DNA from: Escherichia phage UB
DNA: 64,000 nucleotides
Reading direction: 5' to 3' (one strand)
Sequence record: MH383160
Position 1 is the stretch's first letter. Every line of letters starts with the position of its first letter. Position numbers and translations under genes: made by a program. A model generated the notes under the pieces. It saw only the letters and a list, made by a program, of their open reading frames with translations. It searched no databases and was not told the origin of the DNA. Positions 37,370-47,328 of the stretch are shown here, one piece after another.

Positions 37370-37789
37370 TTAAACCTTATCTAAGAATTTATCGTATATA
37401 TAAAATTCTTTATCGGTGAATACATTAATTCTAGTATCGAATCTTTGCATTGTGTTCATATACAATGAACTTTTTAAATAAAAATACAAAGCAACAAATT
37501 CTGATATATGCATATTCTTTTTATTGTTACATAAATTCTTAAGCATTTTGATGCTATCAAATTCTTTTTCATCAAATCTGTATTGGTAAAAATTGTATCT
37601 ATTGGAACGGCACTCATAGATACGAAGTGCCATTATATCAATACATGCTTTAGATTTACAGTACTTATTCAATACGTCATAATCACCCGTACATAATGCT
37701 ACAAAGATTCTATGTGCGAGTGTAGCTTTGCCTTCAATCGTATAATAGCCAAAAAATTTAATGATTAAGTACTGAATGAATGTAATCAT
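37370..37789 (-). CDS. hypothetical protein
   Basis: 139-aa ORF. Confidence 0.6.
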   Translation of the reverse strand: MITFIQYLIIKFFGYYTIEGKATLAHRIFVALCTGDYDVLNKYCKSKACIDIMALRIYECRSNRYNFYQYRFDEKEFDSIKMLKNLCNNKKNMHISEFVALYFYLKSSLYMNTMQRFDTRINVFTDKEFYIYDKFLDKV

Positions 37790-37794
37790 TTGAT

Positions 37795-38055
37795 TTAGAA
37801 TTTCTCCGAAATTACTAGAGTGTCATCATAATCTTCTGCAATATCATGAAGAACTTTTAAGTTACTTTCACCAGAAACGCTTTTTACTTCGTTCAAAAGA
37901 TAGTTTAGATCAACTTTAGTTACTTTTTCTGAATCAAACACACAGAAAGTTAATTCAGCGTTTGGACAGATCTTCTTCAGATTATCAGCAACAACTTGTT
38001 TGAAGTTGAAAGATGGGGAAGCAACCAGGTTAACTGCAACGAGAATAGATTTCAT
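37795..38055 (-). CDS. hypothetical protein
   Basis: 86-aa ORF. Confidence 0.55.
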   Translation of the reverse strand: MKSILVAVNLVASPSFNFKQVVADNLKKICPNAELTFCVFDSEKVTKVDLNYLLNEVKSVSGESNLKVLHDIAEDYDDTLVISEKF

Positions 38056-38129
38056 AATGTTTTCCTTTTTAGCTGATAATTAAATTAGGAGCACATTGTA
38101 CTCCATATTATTTGTTATGTCAAATACTT

Positions 38130-38381
38130 TTAGATACCAAGTGCAGTAGATAACTCTTTACGTTTGTTATATGAATCAGATTCAATCTTACTTTTCTTGT
38201 TGAAAAGGGATTCGATATCCTTATAGATTGCTTCGATAGATTTAGTTACTACCCATTCTGATTCTTGAAGCATACCTTGGAGTCGTGCGTACTCAACTTT
38301 GATAGTACTGCGAAGTTCTTCACAAACTTCTTCATTCTTAATTAGTGCAGCACTAAGTTCTTTGACCTTATCGATGTTCAT
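38130..38381 (-). CDS. hypothetical protein (predicted helical)
   Basis: 83-aa ORF. Confidence 0.55.
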   Translation of the reverse strand: MNIDKVKELSAALIKNEEVCEELRSTIKVEYARLQGMLQESEWVVTKSIEAIYKDIESLFNKKSKIESDSYNKRKELSTALGI

Positions 38382-38440
38382 AAGTTCCTTACTCTAATTT
38401 GTTTTTAACAAAATAATTATATATAACATACTAAATTATG

Positions 38441-38866
38441 TCAAGTATTTTTAGTACCTTCTTCTGCCATTTTTGTGATATACCAATTAAGTATTGATTT
38501 GTGTACCATAAAAAATGTGAATGCAAATATAGCAATAGCTGCTGATGTAACACTATTAGATAATGACCCAAGTTGGATGTTAGTACCTAAAATAACAATA
38601 AATGGATACAACACAATCAATCTACTGTAAGGTTCGTCTCCAGTATCACGGAGAAATCCAAGCCTTTCATGATCAGTATCCATAGTGACAATTGGACAGA
38701 ACATAAGTGCAGACATAAGAGCAATACCAATTTGTGCTACATTGGAAATTGTAAACCACAAAGGATTTAAACCATATGAAATATTATTTTCTGTACAGTA
38801 GTAACCAAACGAATTGAATGCACAAACTAAAAATACAAAAATACAAATCTTATTATAGCCTCTCAT
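38441..38866 (-). CDS. multi-pass membrane protein
   Basis: Hydrophobic 141-aa ORF. Confidence 0.6.
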   Translation of the reverse strand: MRGYNKICIFVFLVCAFNSFGYYCTENNISYGLNPLWFTISNVAQIGIALMSALMFCPIVTMDTDHERLGFLRDTGDEPYSRLIVLYPFIVILGTNIQLGSLSNSVTSAAIAIFAFTFFMVHKSILNWYITKMAEEGTKNT

Positions 38867-39285
38867 TTGTTTAGCTCCGTTAATTTTCGTTTAACTTCTA
38901 GATCATGAAACTCATCGGCATATGAGTTTTGAACAGTTCTGATGTATTCCAACATAACAAACATAGTTCCACATACCCATAGATATGTATAGTAATCAAA
39001 TACAAATGCATATAACATACACGGTACTAAAATGAAAGTGTAAACAAAACTATATCGTGTAGTTCCAAATACTTTCAGATATAACAAACGTCGATAATCA
39101 CGGGCAAATGTATTGATGCACACTGAAAATGTAATTAATGTATACCATGAAATACCCTGAATTAAACCTGAAACATTTAAAAGTTTATGTTCATCGGAAA
39201 ACCCCAGTGCATTTAGCACTGGAGCCATAACCCAACCAATAATACTAATAAGAAAAAGATATTTTGCATTACTTAGTGTGAACAT
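38863..39285 (-). CDS. multi-pass membrane protein
   Basis: Hydrophobic 140-aa ORF. Confidence 0.6.
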   Translation of the reverse strand: MFTLSNAKYLFLISIIGWVMAPVLNALGFSDEHKLLNVSGLIQGISWYTLITFSVCINTFARDYRRLLYLKVFGTTRYSFVYTFILVPCMLYAFVFDYYTYLWVCGTMFVMLEYIRTVQNSYADEFHDLEVKRKLTELNK

Positions 39286-39286
39286 A

Positions 39287-39745
39287 TTACTTTAGTCCCC
39301 ATGCTTTTTTGATTGCATCAACAGAGTTTTGGTCCACTACTTCCTTTTTTTCTGATGTAGTTTGAAGTTTATTAATTACATATTCCTTTGCATCTTTTTC
39401 TATCATAAATTTACCATCAACCAACACACCAAAAACTTTAGAATTTCGGGCTGGATATGGATTAATTTCATCAAGAGTACGGACTTTCTTATCAACTATA
39501 ATGGCTTTGATGTAACCAGTTTCAAGTACTGTTGTAATCACAGTCATTTCAATTGCAACTGGTGAATCTTCCCAATACGCAATCCATTTAGTAAAGCTAC
39601 GATCAGGTGAATCTTTTGTGCATTTTAATTTAATTGCACTATTAAAAATGTATTGTTTAAAATTGTCATCGACAACTTCACTAATACTAAAATAACCTTC
39701 ACGCTCTTCAACATTACGTTTGAAATTTGTAGCTAATACATCCAT
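39287..39745 (-). CDS. hypothetical protein
   Basis: 152-aa ORF. Confidence 0.6.
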   Translation of the reverse strand: MDVLATNFKRNVEEREGYFSISEVVDDNFKQYIFNSAIKLKCTKDSPDRSFTKWIAYWEDSPVAIEMTVITTVLETGYIKAIIVDKKVRTLDEINPYPARNSKVFGVLVDGKFMIEKDAKEYVINKLQTTSEKKEVVDQNSVDAIKKAWGLK

Positions 39746-39786
39746 TTTCCATCCCCCTTGGGTTACTTGGTGTGTTAATTATAATA

Positions 39787-40263
39787 CTAAGAATCTTTGT
39801 TGTCAAACTTTTCCCTCAAATATTTTTCTATTAATCTAATTTGTGTTGGTGGTAAGATAAAGTAATCGTACATAGATTTACTACCATGTATCGAACAACC
39901 TACACTAATACTATAATCATATGGATATAAGTATATTGGATCTTGTATATCAGGTATGAAAACTATTCTTGATATATTACCATTTCCTATTCTTACTTGG
40001 ACGTTATCATTATTATTAATATAATTTCTTATACAGTACTCAATTATACCATTTACTTTAGAATCATAACCATAATTTTTATATTCAGGAAAAATGAAAT
40101 AGCGTTCATGGTATAGATATGAGCATAGTAATGCTGGGAAAAAATTCCAAAAACCTTCATGCTTTGCAATTGTTTGTGCATATTTAAAATGATTAGCATT
40201 ACTAAAAATATTATACAGCACAAAATACACAAATGGACTTACCAACAACACTATTGTTAACAT
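39787..40263 (-). CDS. membrane-anchored hypothetical protein
   Basis: N-terminal hydrophobic segment. Confidence 0.55.
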   Translation of the reverse strand: MLTIVLLVSPFVYFVLYNIFSNANHFKYAQTIAKHEGFWNFFPALLCSYLYHERYFIFPEYKNYGYDSKVNGIIEYCIRNYINNNDNVQVRIGNGNISRIVFIPDIQDPIYLYPYDYSISVGCSIHGSKSMYDYFILPPTQIRLIEKYLREKFDNKDS

Positions 40264-40724
40264 CAGAAGCCTCTGTATTTTTCATACACTTCAACGCATT
40301 CCATGATTTTGTCATCGTCCATCATATCATAGCCTTGTAGAAATTCTTCTTTATCAACCTTCCCTGCCATCATATCTGTGTCAGAAATTCTGGAGTCATA
40401 GAAGTAATACATATCTTTATAGTACTGGTTTTTGTGCTGCTCAATCTTTACTTTAGCATATCCAGCACAAAATGAAGGAGATTTAACAACTTCCCATTTA
40501 TGCTTCTTGATGGGTTTATCATTAGCATGTTTTTCCCTGTATGTCTGACGATAACGTTCACGCATTTCAGGCATGTATTCTTCAGCAGTACGTTTAGGGG
40601 GAGTTTTACCAGTCCCAATAGTTTTAATAGTTTGACGTTGTTCTTCTGCGTGTACTGGGTAAATAAAACATGATGTACCAAACAGTACTGCTACGATAAC
40701 CATAAAATTCTTAAACATAATCAA
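40263..40724 (-). CDS. secreted protein (signal peptide)
   Basis: MIMFKNFMVIVAVLFGTSCFIYPVHA. Confidence 0.6.
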   Translation of the reverse strand: MIMFKNFMVIVAVLFGTSCFIYPVHAEEQRQTIKTIGTGKTPPKRTAEEYMPEMRERYRQTYREKHANDKPIKKHKWEVVKSPSFCAGYAKVKIEQHKNQYYKDMYYFYDSRISDTDMMAGKVDKEEFLQGYDMMDDDKIMECVEVYEKYRGF

Positions 40725-40948
40725 ACCTCTTTTACAATAATATCGATTGATACTGGAATTGCAATTTCACTATTACATGAATATACATCAGCACAGTACT
40801 CAATATCTAGTACTTTAAAATATTTCTCAAAACCACAAATGGTAAGATTCAACGTTGACCCAACTGCTGGGAGTACAGGAAATGATAAGAACGCAATTTT
40901 AGAATGAAATTCTTCATTGATATCTTGATATACAGTTGCAGTAATCAC
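40721..40948 (-). CDS. hypothetical protein
   Basis: 75-aa ORF. Confidence 0.5.
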   Translation of the reverse strand: MITATVYQDINEEFHSKIAFLSFPVLPAVGSTLNLTICGFEKYFKVLDIEYCADVYSCNSEIAIPVSIDIIVKEV

Positions 40949-41529
40949 AATGGTAACTCCTGTAGTGGTTTCATAATACCGAGTACTGGGTGATTTTCAA
41001 TCATTGGTCGCCCTGGTACACCAGTGAGGATAACTGGGATAGAACTAATATCTTTTACATAGTTGAATCCCTCAAACGTGAACTCTTGTTTTTTCTCATT
41101 ATACAATACCCATAGTATTACGTCAGCTTTTTTCTGGATATTTTTTAACTGTCGAGTACTAACACATGGTCCAAAGTCAGTCCATGATTTATACTTGATA
41201 CCTTTTACTTCAATACGAAGGTTGTTTACCTTAATATCACATTCACCGTCACGTGCTTCATTTTGGAATGCTGGATCGATATTAAGTTTAATACCAGTAT
41301 TGTTTTCAATTTCATTAAAAAGTACTAAAGATGCGTGCTCACACACCATACCAACAAAATGACTATGTGCATGATTAAAACCATATGGCGATTTACTTGC
41401 TGGAGCCAAAAGTTTATATCGTTCTGATTTTTCAATCGCTTTTGCCATAAAAGAATCAGCTTCATCTTTATATAACTTAACAGTCATTTTTCCATTTTTC
41501 AGTACTAATCTATTATCAATAACATTCAT
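40945..41529 (-). CDS. hypothetical protein
   Basis: 194-aa ORF; consensus promoter upstream. Confidence 0.6.
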   Translation of the reverse strand: MNVIDNRLVLKNGKMTVKLYKDEADSFMAKAIEKSERYKLLAPASKSPYGFNHAHSHFVGMVCEHASLVLFNEIENNTGIKLNIDPAFQNEARDGECDIKVNNLRIEVKGIKYKSWTDFGPCVSTRQLKNIQKKADVILWVLYNEKKQEFTFEGFNYVKDISSIPVILTGVPGRPMIENHPVLGIMKPLQELPL

Positions 41530-41556
41530 AAAAACACCTCATTATTCATTCACTAC

Positions 41557-41585
41557 ATGATAACACCAAATCATACACCAGTCAA
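41557..41585 (-). promoter_or_regulatory. sigma70-type promoter TTGACT-N17-TATCAT (divergent pair)
   Basis: Minus strand TTGACTGGTGTATGATTTGGTGTTATCAT. Confidence 0.5.
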
Positions 41586-41594
41586 GCTCATTTT

Positions 41595-41623
41595 TTGGAT
41601 ATGCATAATAAATACGTTATAAT
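41595..41623 (+). promoter_or_regulatory. sigma70-type promoter TTGGAT-N17-TATAAT for the lone plus-strand gene
   Basis: Plus strand TTGGATATGCATAATAAATACGTTATAAT then AATGGAGGG RBS. Confidence 0.5.
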
Positions 41624-41645
41624 AATTATACCAATGGAGGGATAA

Positions 41646-42800
41646 ATGTCAAGGTCAATTGCTGCGGCTGGACGCTATAAGTTTGGTGAATGTGGTTATG
41701 TTGTTGATGGTGCAATCCTCAATGATGGAACTAGACTAAAAAATATTAGAATCTATCGCCAAAGAAGCCATAGATTATATGATTTAGTTGATCCAAGAAC
41801 TAATATAATATATCGTAAAGTACAAATAACAACTAAAGATAATAAAGGTTATCTATTAAATTACAATAAAACTAATGACCAACTATTAAGTGAAATTAAT
41901 AAAAATTGTTTCTTTGTTCGTGGATATTCTGAAGAGCCACAAGAAACTGATACTGGATTTGTATATAAATTCATGCTACATAAAACAATTTTAGGTAGTT
42001 CACAAACCTTGTATCATATGTATACACCTGAATGTGGTATTATAGATCGTGATATAGATAATATTCTCATTTCACCAGTATTTGTTGGTAATGACTCAAT
42101 TAGTGGTAAATTATTCAACACTGGTTCAGAAATTGATACTAACGGTATGGTAATAACAATCGTATTACCAGACGGGACAGAATACTTTACTACCCAATTT
42201 GTTAATGATGCATTTACAATTCCAGTTGATGTTATCACACAATCAGGGAAAGGTACTGCTACACTCACTTCTCCATATTATAACACTAAAGTGGTGGAAT
42301 TTGATGTTCTTGAAAGTGGTGAGGATATTGATTTTGTTACATCAGTTCTTCTATCCCAATTTGAACCTGTTTCGGAAGGTGTATTTTCTGCGGTTGTTCC
42401 ATTTGATGTTCATGATCGTGGACAGTACTTAGCACTTCAAGCATACAGTGGTGACTTATATCAAGTTGGTGTAGATCTTTCTGTAGACGCAGAAGGTAAT
42501 ATTACTGTGTATCAAACTGACAATTTACCTGTTTCTTTGAGTATAATCGGAAAAACACTGCATACTACTCCTTTCCATAAAGAATATACTTTAAGTGAGT
42601 GGGTTCTCGGTGAAGACTCTATGTACTCTATCTCAGTTCCAGTAACTGAACATGGTAAAGCACTACCACAAGTTCAATTATATTCTTCAGACAATCATGT
42701 AGTTCATAGTGAAATACAAGTGGATGAAGATGATAATGTAATTCTTAAAGTAGTAGAACCGCTTGACTGCTCAGTCGTAATAGTTGGTTACAACGCATAA
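41646..42800 (+). CDS. hypothetical protein (only plus-strand gene inside the minus block)
   Basis: 384-aa ORF with own promoter, strong RBS and terminator. Confidence 0.75.
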   Translation: MSRSIAAAGRYKFGECGYVVDGAILNDGTRLKNIRIYRQRSHRLYDLVDPRTNIIYRKVQITTKDNKGYLLNYNKTNDQLLSEINKNCFFVRGYSEEPQETDTGFVYKFMLHKTILGSSQTLYHMYTPECGIIDRDIDNILISPVFVGNDSISGKLFNTGSEIDTNGMVITIVLPDGTEYFTTQFVNDAFTIPVDVITQSGKGTATLTSPYYNTKVVEFDVLESGEDIDFVTSVLLSQFEPVSEGVFSAVVPFDVHDRGQYLALQAYSGDLYQVGVDLSVDAEGNITVYQTDNLPVSLSIIGKTLHTTPFHKEYTLSEWVLGEDSMYSISVPVTEHGKALPQVQLYSSDNHVVHSEIQVDEDDNVILKVVEPLDCSVVIVGYNA

Positions 42801-42807
42801 TAAAAAA

Positions 42808-42836
42808 AGCCACTACAATGTAGTGGCTTTAATTTT
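42808..42836. terminator. bidirectional intrinsic terminator between convergent genes
   Basis: AGCCACTACAATGTAGTGGCT flanked by A7 and TTTAATTTT. Confidence 0.7.
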
Positions 42837-42842
42837 ATCTAA

Positions 42843-43655
42843 TTATTTGAAATTGTCACGTAGAACTTCTTCAAGTGTTTTATCTGGATTGCTAATGGCT
42901 ACATTATAAATCAATTCTTTAAATGCAGTTAGTGCCTGCTCAGTTGCTTCTGGACCAAAGTTCTCACTAATGCTTTTAAACATACTTTGTGCACGTTCTG
43001 ATTTGATACAACTAGTTACAAACTTGTCAATTTCATTACGAAGCTGCTTAGTTGTCATGTCACCAATGAGCATCTCACTAATTTCTTTTGGTTCATCTGC
43101 ACTTGTTCGGACATTCGTAAAACCAAACACATCATCACCTGAGCCAAAGCTACGTTTTTCTTTTTTAGTTTCTTTTACTGGTTCTTCTTCAACTTCTTGT
43201 TCGTATTCTTTAGTAAAGAGATGAGATAGTACATCATCAAGATTTTTAACCATACCGTCAATACGAGATTCAGCATTCTTGGATACATGTTTGAATGCTT
43301 GCTCTAGTGCTTTTTCTTGAATCTGGTCACGAACATTATTAACTACATTACGAAGTTTTTCATTACAGTTGTCTAAAATTTCTAATACTTCACCAGTTTT
43401 GATTTTTTCCAAAAGTACATCTAAATCAGATTTTACATGTTGTTTTTGACTTACTTCACCATTAAGAATTGAATTCAATTCTTTAGCACCTTCAACTGCT
43501 TCTTCATGTGTTTTAAATTCAACTGGTACGTCAACACCATCCAGTACAATATTAAGCACTTTACCATCAACGTAGGCGTAGGAGTAAGATGCTTTTTTGA
43601 AAGAAATAGTTTTGAAGAAAATGTTGCTCATATTGATATACTCCTTAATGCCCAC
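42843..43655 (-). CDS. hypothetical acidic protein
   Basis: 270-aa ORF. Confidence 0.65.
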   Translation of the reverse strand: MGIKEYINMSNIFFKTISFKKASYSYAYVDGKVLNIVLDGVDVPVEFKTHEEAVEGAKELNSILNGEVSQKQHVKSDLDVLLEKIKTGEVLEILDNCNEKLRNVVNNVRDQIQEKALEQAFKHVSKNAESRIDGMVKNLDDVLSHLFTKEYEQEVEEEPVKETKKEKRSFGSGDDVFGFTNVRTSADEPKEISEMLIGDMTTKQLRNEIDKFVTSCIKSERAQSMFKSISENFGPEATEQALTAFKELIYNVAISNPDKTLEEVLRDNFK

Positions 43656-43986
43656 TAGCTGGGAAGGTTTTAAACATATAGTGACATTGTACTAAATCAT
43701 CGAACTTCAAGCCGAAGTCTTTAGTACCCATCAGTGTGTGGTAAAAATAATGCGAAATTGTATTAGTTTCAGCGTCTTTAATATAGATACCAAATTCGGT
43801 ACAGCAAAACTGAACAACTTCATTATAACTTTCTAACTTGGAAATTACAAGTACTTGATCATAAGAATTTTTATCAAATCCAATGATGTACATTTCCTCT
43901 GTTTCTGGGTGTACAATCATCCCACCGCGAGAAATAATTTTCTCGAAGTTACTGCTCAAGTACTGAATTGTTGAACTTAAGTTCAT
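43645..43986 (-). CDS. hypothetical protein
   Basis: 113-aa ORF. Confidence 0.55.
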   Translation of the reverse strand: MNLSSTIQYLSSNFEKIISRGGMIVHPETEEMYIIGFDKNSYDQVLVISKLESYNEVVQFCCTEFGIYIKDAETNTISHYFYHTLMGTKDFGLKFDDLVQCHYMFKTFPASGH

Positions 43987-44199
43987 TTACAACTCCTTAC
44001 GTATTACTCGTCCGGTAAGATGTTCATCTGTACAGAACTTCATTATAAATGCTTTTAGATGGAAGTCTTCTAAAATTCTATATGCTTGCTTTTTCATAAC
44101 GACTTCCTTCTTCTCCACATCAACAATTATATCATGTTTCTCGTGAAGTTCCTGGATCATTTGATATGAATTCAAACTTAGTACGCTCATAACCACCAA
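43987..44199 (-). CDS. hypothetical protein
   Basis: 70-aa ORF; 5' end overlaps neighbour so start uncertain. Confidence 0.4.
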   Translation of the reverse strand: MVVMSVLSLNSYQMIQELHEKHDIIVDVEKKEVVMKKQAYRILEDFHLKAFIMKFCTDEHLTGRVIRKEL

Positions 44200-44506
44200 T
44201 GTCCTCCATCTCCCACAAAATTTGAACTGCCACTTCTAATTCGTGGTGAATTTGAAAATAACCATTACTTGCAGTATAGATGTAGCCATTTTTAGTAATT
44301 GCATAACCCCACTTTTTACTTTGAGAATGCATCTCACGTTTCAACCCATAAGGTGATGGTGGCTTCTTGACTGGTTCTGGTTCTCGGTTTTCGTTGTAAA
44401 TCTCTTGTTCGATTCGCAACGCTTTATGATATGAGTATACATGAATCAGGCGACAAAGTACAATAGTAATGCAACAAATAATTGTAAATGTTATCAAGCT
44501 CATCAA
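44132..44506 (-). CDS. membrane-anchored hypothetical protein
   Basis: N-terminal hydrophobic helix. Confidence 0.55.
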   Translation of the reverse strand: MMSLITFTIICCITIVLCRLIHVYSYHKALRIEQEIYNENREPEPVKKPPSPYGLKREMHSQSKKWGYAITKNGYIYTASNGYFQIHHELEVAVQILWEMEDIGGYERTKFEFISNDPGTSRET

Positions 44507-44922
44507 TTTGCCCTCTGCCTAGATACATATTCATTAATTGCATCTTCCAAATCATACCCTGACATTTTTACATTATCAATTGAAACATGATATTTTTTCA
44601 GCACTTTTTGTCCAGCAGTGTTCTCCCATATAGACCCATCAGGCTCAATATGAACTTTATGGTTCAGGATGAAATCGAACATTTCTTCTTTTGATAAGTT
44701 TGCTTTACGGGTTTCAATGTGATTAGTATTAAGTAATTCACGAGTATGTTTAATGCCATATTCAGTGTACTCACCAATACTACGATGCAAAACTTTTAAC
44801 TGCTCGGCAGCAGTCTCTTCATCATAAACATGAATAGTTTCAGTACTGTACAAAATATCCTGAATATTACCAGTACTCACTTCTGTCCATGTGTCTTTGA
44901 AATGCACTTTGATTGTTTTCAT
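44503..44922 (-). CDS. hypothetical protein
   Basis: 139-aa ORF. Confidence 0.6.
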   Translation of the reverse strand: MKTIKVHFKDTWTEVSTGNIQDILYSTETIHVYDEETAAEQLKVLHRSIGEYTEYGIKHTRELLNTNHIETRKANLSKEEMFDFILNHKVHIEPDGSIWENTAGQKVLKKYHVSIDNVKMSGYDLEDAINEYVSRQRAN

Positions 44923-44933
44923 GGAAGCTCGTA

Positions 44934-45380
44934 TTAGTTATATGCTGTGAATAGGTCAATGTTTTTATCATCTACACTGATTAATTTACCAGTTGAACTA
45001 ACAAACACAATATTACCACCAGGGGTGATTTGAACACGCTGGTTTACTGAATATTGATCACTAAGGTTATAATTAGCCCATTCAACTACATAACGCTGTT
45101 CAACACCGTTAGTATCATATAGATAAACGTGTGTAACGTCACGCATTTTTAAACGGTCTAACAGTGTAGAGTTGTCCATGAAATCCGATGGTGTATTGCT
45201 GCGTAATGCAATACCGAACTCACCGATAACAGTACTAATTGTCAGTCCGTTTGAAAAACGGCTACAAAGAGTTTTCTCATCAGCAATATGCATCCATAAA
45301 ACATTCTTTACATCAATATCAACAAATTCACAGTTTTCAAAAACCAAACCTACTTTGGAAACTTTACCATTAAATTGCAT
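44934..45380 (-). CDS. hypothetical protein
   Basis: 148-aa ORF. Confidence 0.6.
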   Translation of the reverse strand: MQFNGKVSKVGLVFENCEFVDIDVKNVLWMHIADEKTLCSRFSNGLTISTVIGEFGIALRSNTPSDFMDNSTLLDRLKMRDVTHVYLYDTNGVEQRYVVEWANYNLSDQYSVNQRVQITPGGNIVFVSSTGKLISVDDKNIDLFTAYN

Positions 45381-45389
45381 TAGTAACTC

Positions 45390-45824
45390 CTATTTTTTAT
45401 ATTTTAAAATTAAATCACTCACGGCTTTCATTAGCTTATATGGAATAGCTAATTCTTGAACAGTACTTTCCATAAAATGTTCTTCTTCTGTATCATAAAA
45501 TGTTGAACTAAAGTGTTCACAATCATCTATACTATCATAAAAAGAAGACGTAAGTTTATCAACAATGACAGTGATTTGTTTGTCAGTTTTGGCACATCCT
45601 ACCTGAACGGTTAATCCAATATCATCAGCCTCTACACGAATTATAAACGAATTATTAGTATAGTTCAGCCAACAATCTTCACCAAAGTATACAACACTGT
45701 GTTTCTTCTGAAATGAAGTTGCGGTGTTAAGAACACCAATAACAACATCAACTGTTTTTTCATTTAAAATATTAGACATTTTTATTCCTGCTTCGTATGT
45801 TTCGTGAAATCTCAAATATTCCAT
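45390..45824 (-). CDS. hypothetical protein (weak member of C-terminal FQ-x-S motif family)
   Basis: 144-aa ORF. Confidence 0.55.
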   Translation of the reverse strand: MEYLRFHETYEAGIKMSNILNEKTVDVVIGVLNTATSFQKKHSVVYFGEDCWLNYTNNSFIIRVEADDIGLTVQVGCAKTDKQITVIVDKLTSSFYDSIDDCEHFSSTFYDTEEEHFMESTVQELAIPYKLMKAVSDLILKYKK

Positions 45825-46200
45825 TCAACTGCTCAACAGTTAAACCCTGTAAATCGTAAACTGTTGATAGTTGAAAGAACATCTCTGAATCTATAGTATC
45901 ATGTTCAATTGGAAGACTCAAGAGGTCTTTATTAATAAAATAATCATATGTTCGAATTGTCAAAGAATCACCAAAGATATCAATGTAAAATTTCGGAACA
46001 TTATGTAACGAAACATCTATTAATATGTTTTCAGCATATCTACAAGAAATTTTAGAATTATTTTTATAAGATTGGTATGAAAAATTATAAGGTTCATCGA
46101 CCGATGTGTATGATGAGGTATCACCTTCGGAAAATATTACACCACATTCAATAAGATGTGTTAACGACTTAGGTGGAATTTTTAACATTTCACTTCCCAT
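45772..46200 (-). CDS. paralog-family protein (C-terminal FFQLSTVYDLQGLTVEQL motif)
   Basis: C-terminal motif shared with 46190, 47329, 47687, 53805, 60085, 60908, 61360. Confidence 0.6.
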   Translation of the reverse strand: MGSEMLKIPPKSLTHLIECGVIFSEGDTSSYTSVDEPYNFSYQSYKNNSKISCRYAENILIDVSLHNVPKFYIDIFGDSLTIRTYDYFINKDLLSLPIEHDTIDSEMFFQLSTVYDLQGLTVEQLNGIFEISRNIRSRNKNV

Positions 46201-46609
46201 GCTTACTCATATTACTACGGATCACCCCACTAAGAAAACATATTTTCCTTAATGTATCATAACTGATATTTGTAAGATCATGTACAAAATTCAACTGCAA
46301 GTACATTTCTTCAGTTAATTGATTAAATGTATCATCAACATGAATGTTAGTATGTTCCGTTATATCTATTTCTATATTATTTTCCCAAATATCAATGCTA
46401 ACAGCATAGTCTGATGTATGTCTGGATTGAACTGAAATAAAAATATTATTACTGTTGTATAATGTCTCTGTGTATCCATTCAAAAATGATCCAACGACAA
46501 CATCAAAAATGCCATCTCTAATTGGGTTTTTTGTTTCAAACGTATCACTACAAACTTGACGGTATACAATGTCAACATACTTATCAATTAAAGTAAACAA
46601 ATAACTCAT
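46190..46609 (-). CDS. paralog-family protein (LQLNFVHDLTNISYDTL motif)
   Basis: Start set to ATG 46609 with AGGTGA RBS; listed 46618 start is GTG. Confidence 0.6.
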   Translation of the reverse strand: MSYLFTLIDKYVDIVYRQVCSDTFETKNPIRDGIFDVVVGSFLNGYTETLYNSNNIFISVQSRHTSDYAVSIDIWENNIEIDITEHTNIHVDDTFNQLTEEMYLQLNFVHDLTNISYDTLRKICFLSGVIRSNMSKHGK

Positions 46610-46626
46610 TGCATTCACCTATATAA

Positions 46627-46655
46627 GAAAAAAGGCCGATTCATCGAATCAGCCT
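46627..46655 (-). terminator. intrinsic terminator
   Basis: AGGCTGATTCGATGAATCGGCCT + U-run on minus strand. Confidence 0.55.
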
Positions 46656-46843
46656 TAAGTATAACACAGTAGAAGTTAAAAAGTCAACTTCTAAATTACA
46701 GCATCCAAGAGGAATAAAAAGATACTGTTAGAGGGTAACGAATATAATGAATTTGAGGGTAATATCATTATACGTAAAAAAGTGATAGCTTCTATACATA
46801 AGGAGGAATCAGTACTGACTAGAAGCTATCGGGTTAAACGATT

Positions 46844-47128
46844 TCAGTACTGAGTGTTTAGTTTAGGATGAGTATTTCCATCTTCGATTTGTTTTAGAAT
46901 CGAGTCACGAATTTCTACTGCCCCTTGATAACTATATTTATCTTTTGGGATCACCCATGTATATTCGCCATCAGTGGTTTTAAAATCAATACATGGATTA
47001 TCCCTGTATTCAGATGCAATGATTGCAATAACATGTAATGAATTCAATGAATGATTTGTATAAGGATAATTGTTATTATCTCTGAACGTGAATGTTTTAA
47101 GTTCATCAGGTGCAACAATGAATTCCAT
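46844..47128 (-). CDS. hypothetical protein
   Basis: 94-aa ORF. Confidence 0.55.
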   Translation of the reverse strand: MEFIVAPDELKTFTFRDNNNYPYTNHSLNSLHVIAIIASEYRDNPCIDFKTTDGEYTWVIPKDKYSYQGAVEIRDSILKQIEDGNTHPKLNTQY

Positions 47129-47319
47129 TATTCATCCTCGTACTTCTTGAATGGTGGAACATCTACCTTGAAGTCTTTGCACATCTTAGTTGTACGAACT
47201 TCAGTATTGTTGTGATAATTTTTCTTAAATTCATAAGAAACATAATTACGAATACCAGGTGTATGAATAATAGCAAGAACCAATGTACGACCAAACAAGC
47301 ATAATAAATTCCAGAACAT
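47128..47319 (-). CDS. hypothetical small protein
   Basis: 63-aa ORF. Confidence 0.45.
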   Translation of the reverse strand: MFWNLLCLFGRTLVLAIIHTPGIRNYVSYEFKKNYHNNTEVRTTKMCKDFKVDVPPFKKYEDE

Positions 47320-47328
47320 ATGAATCTC

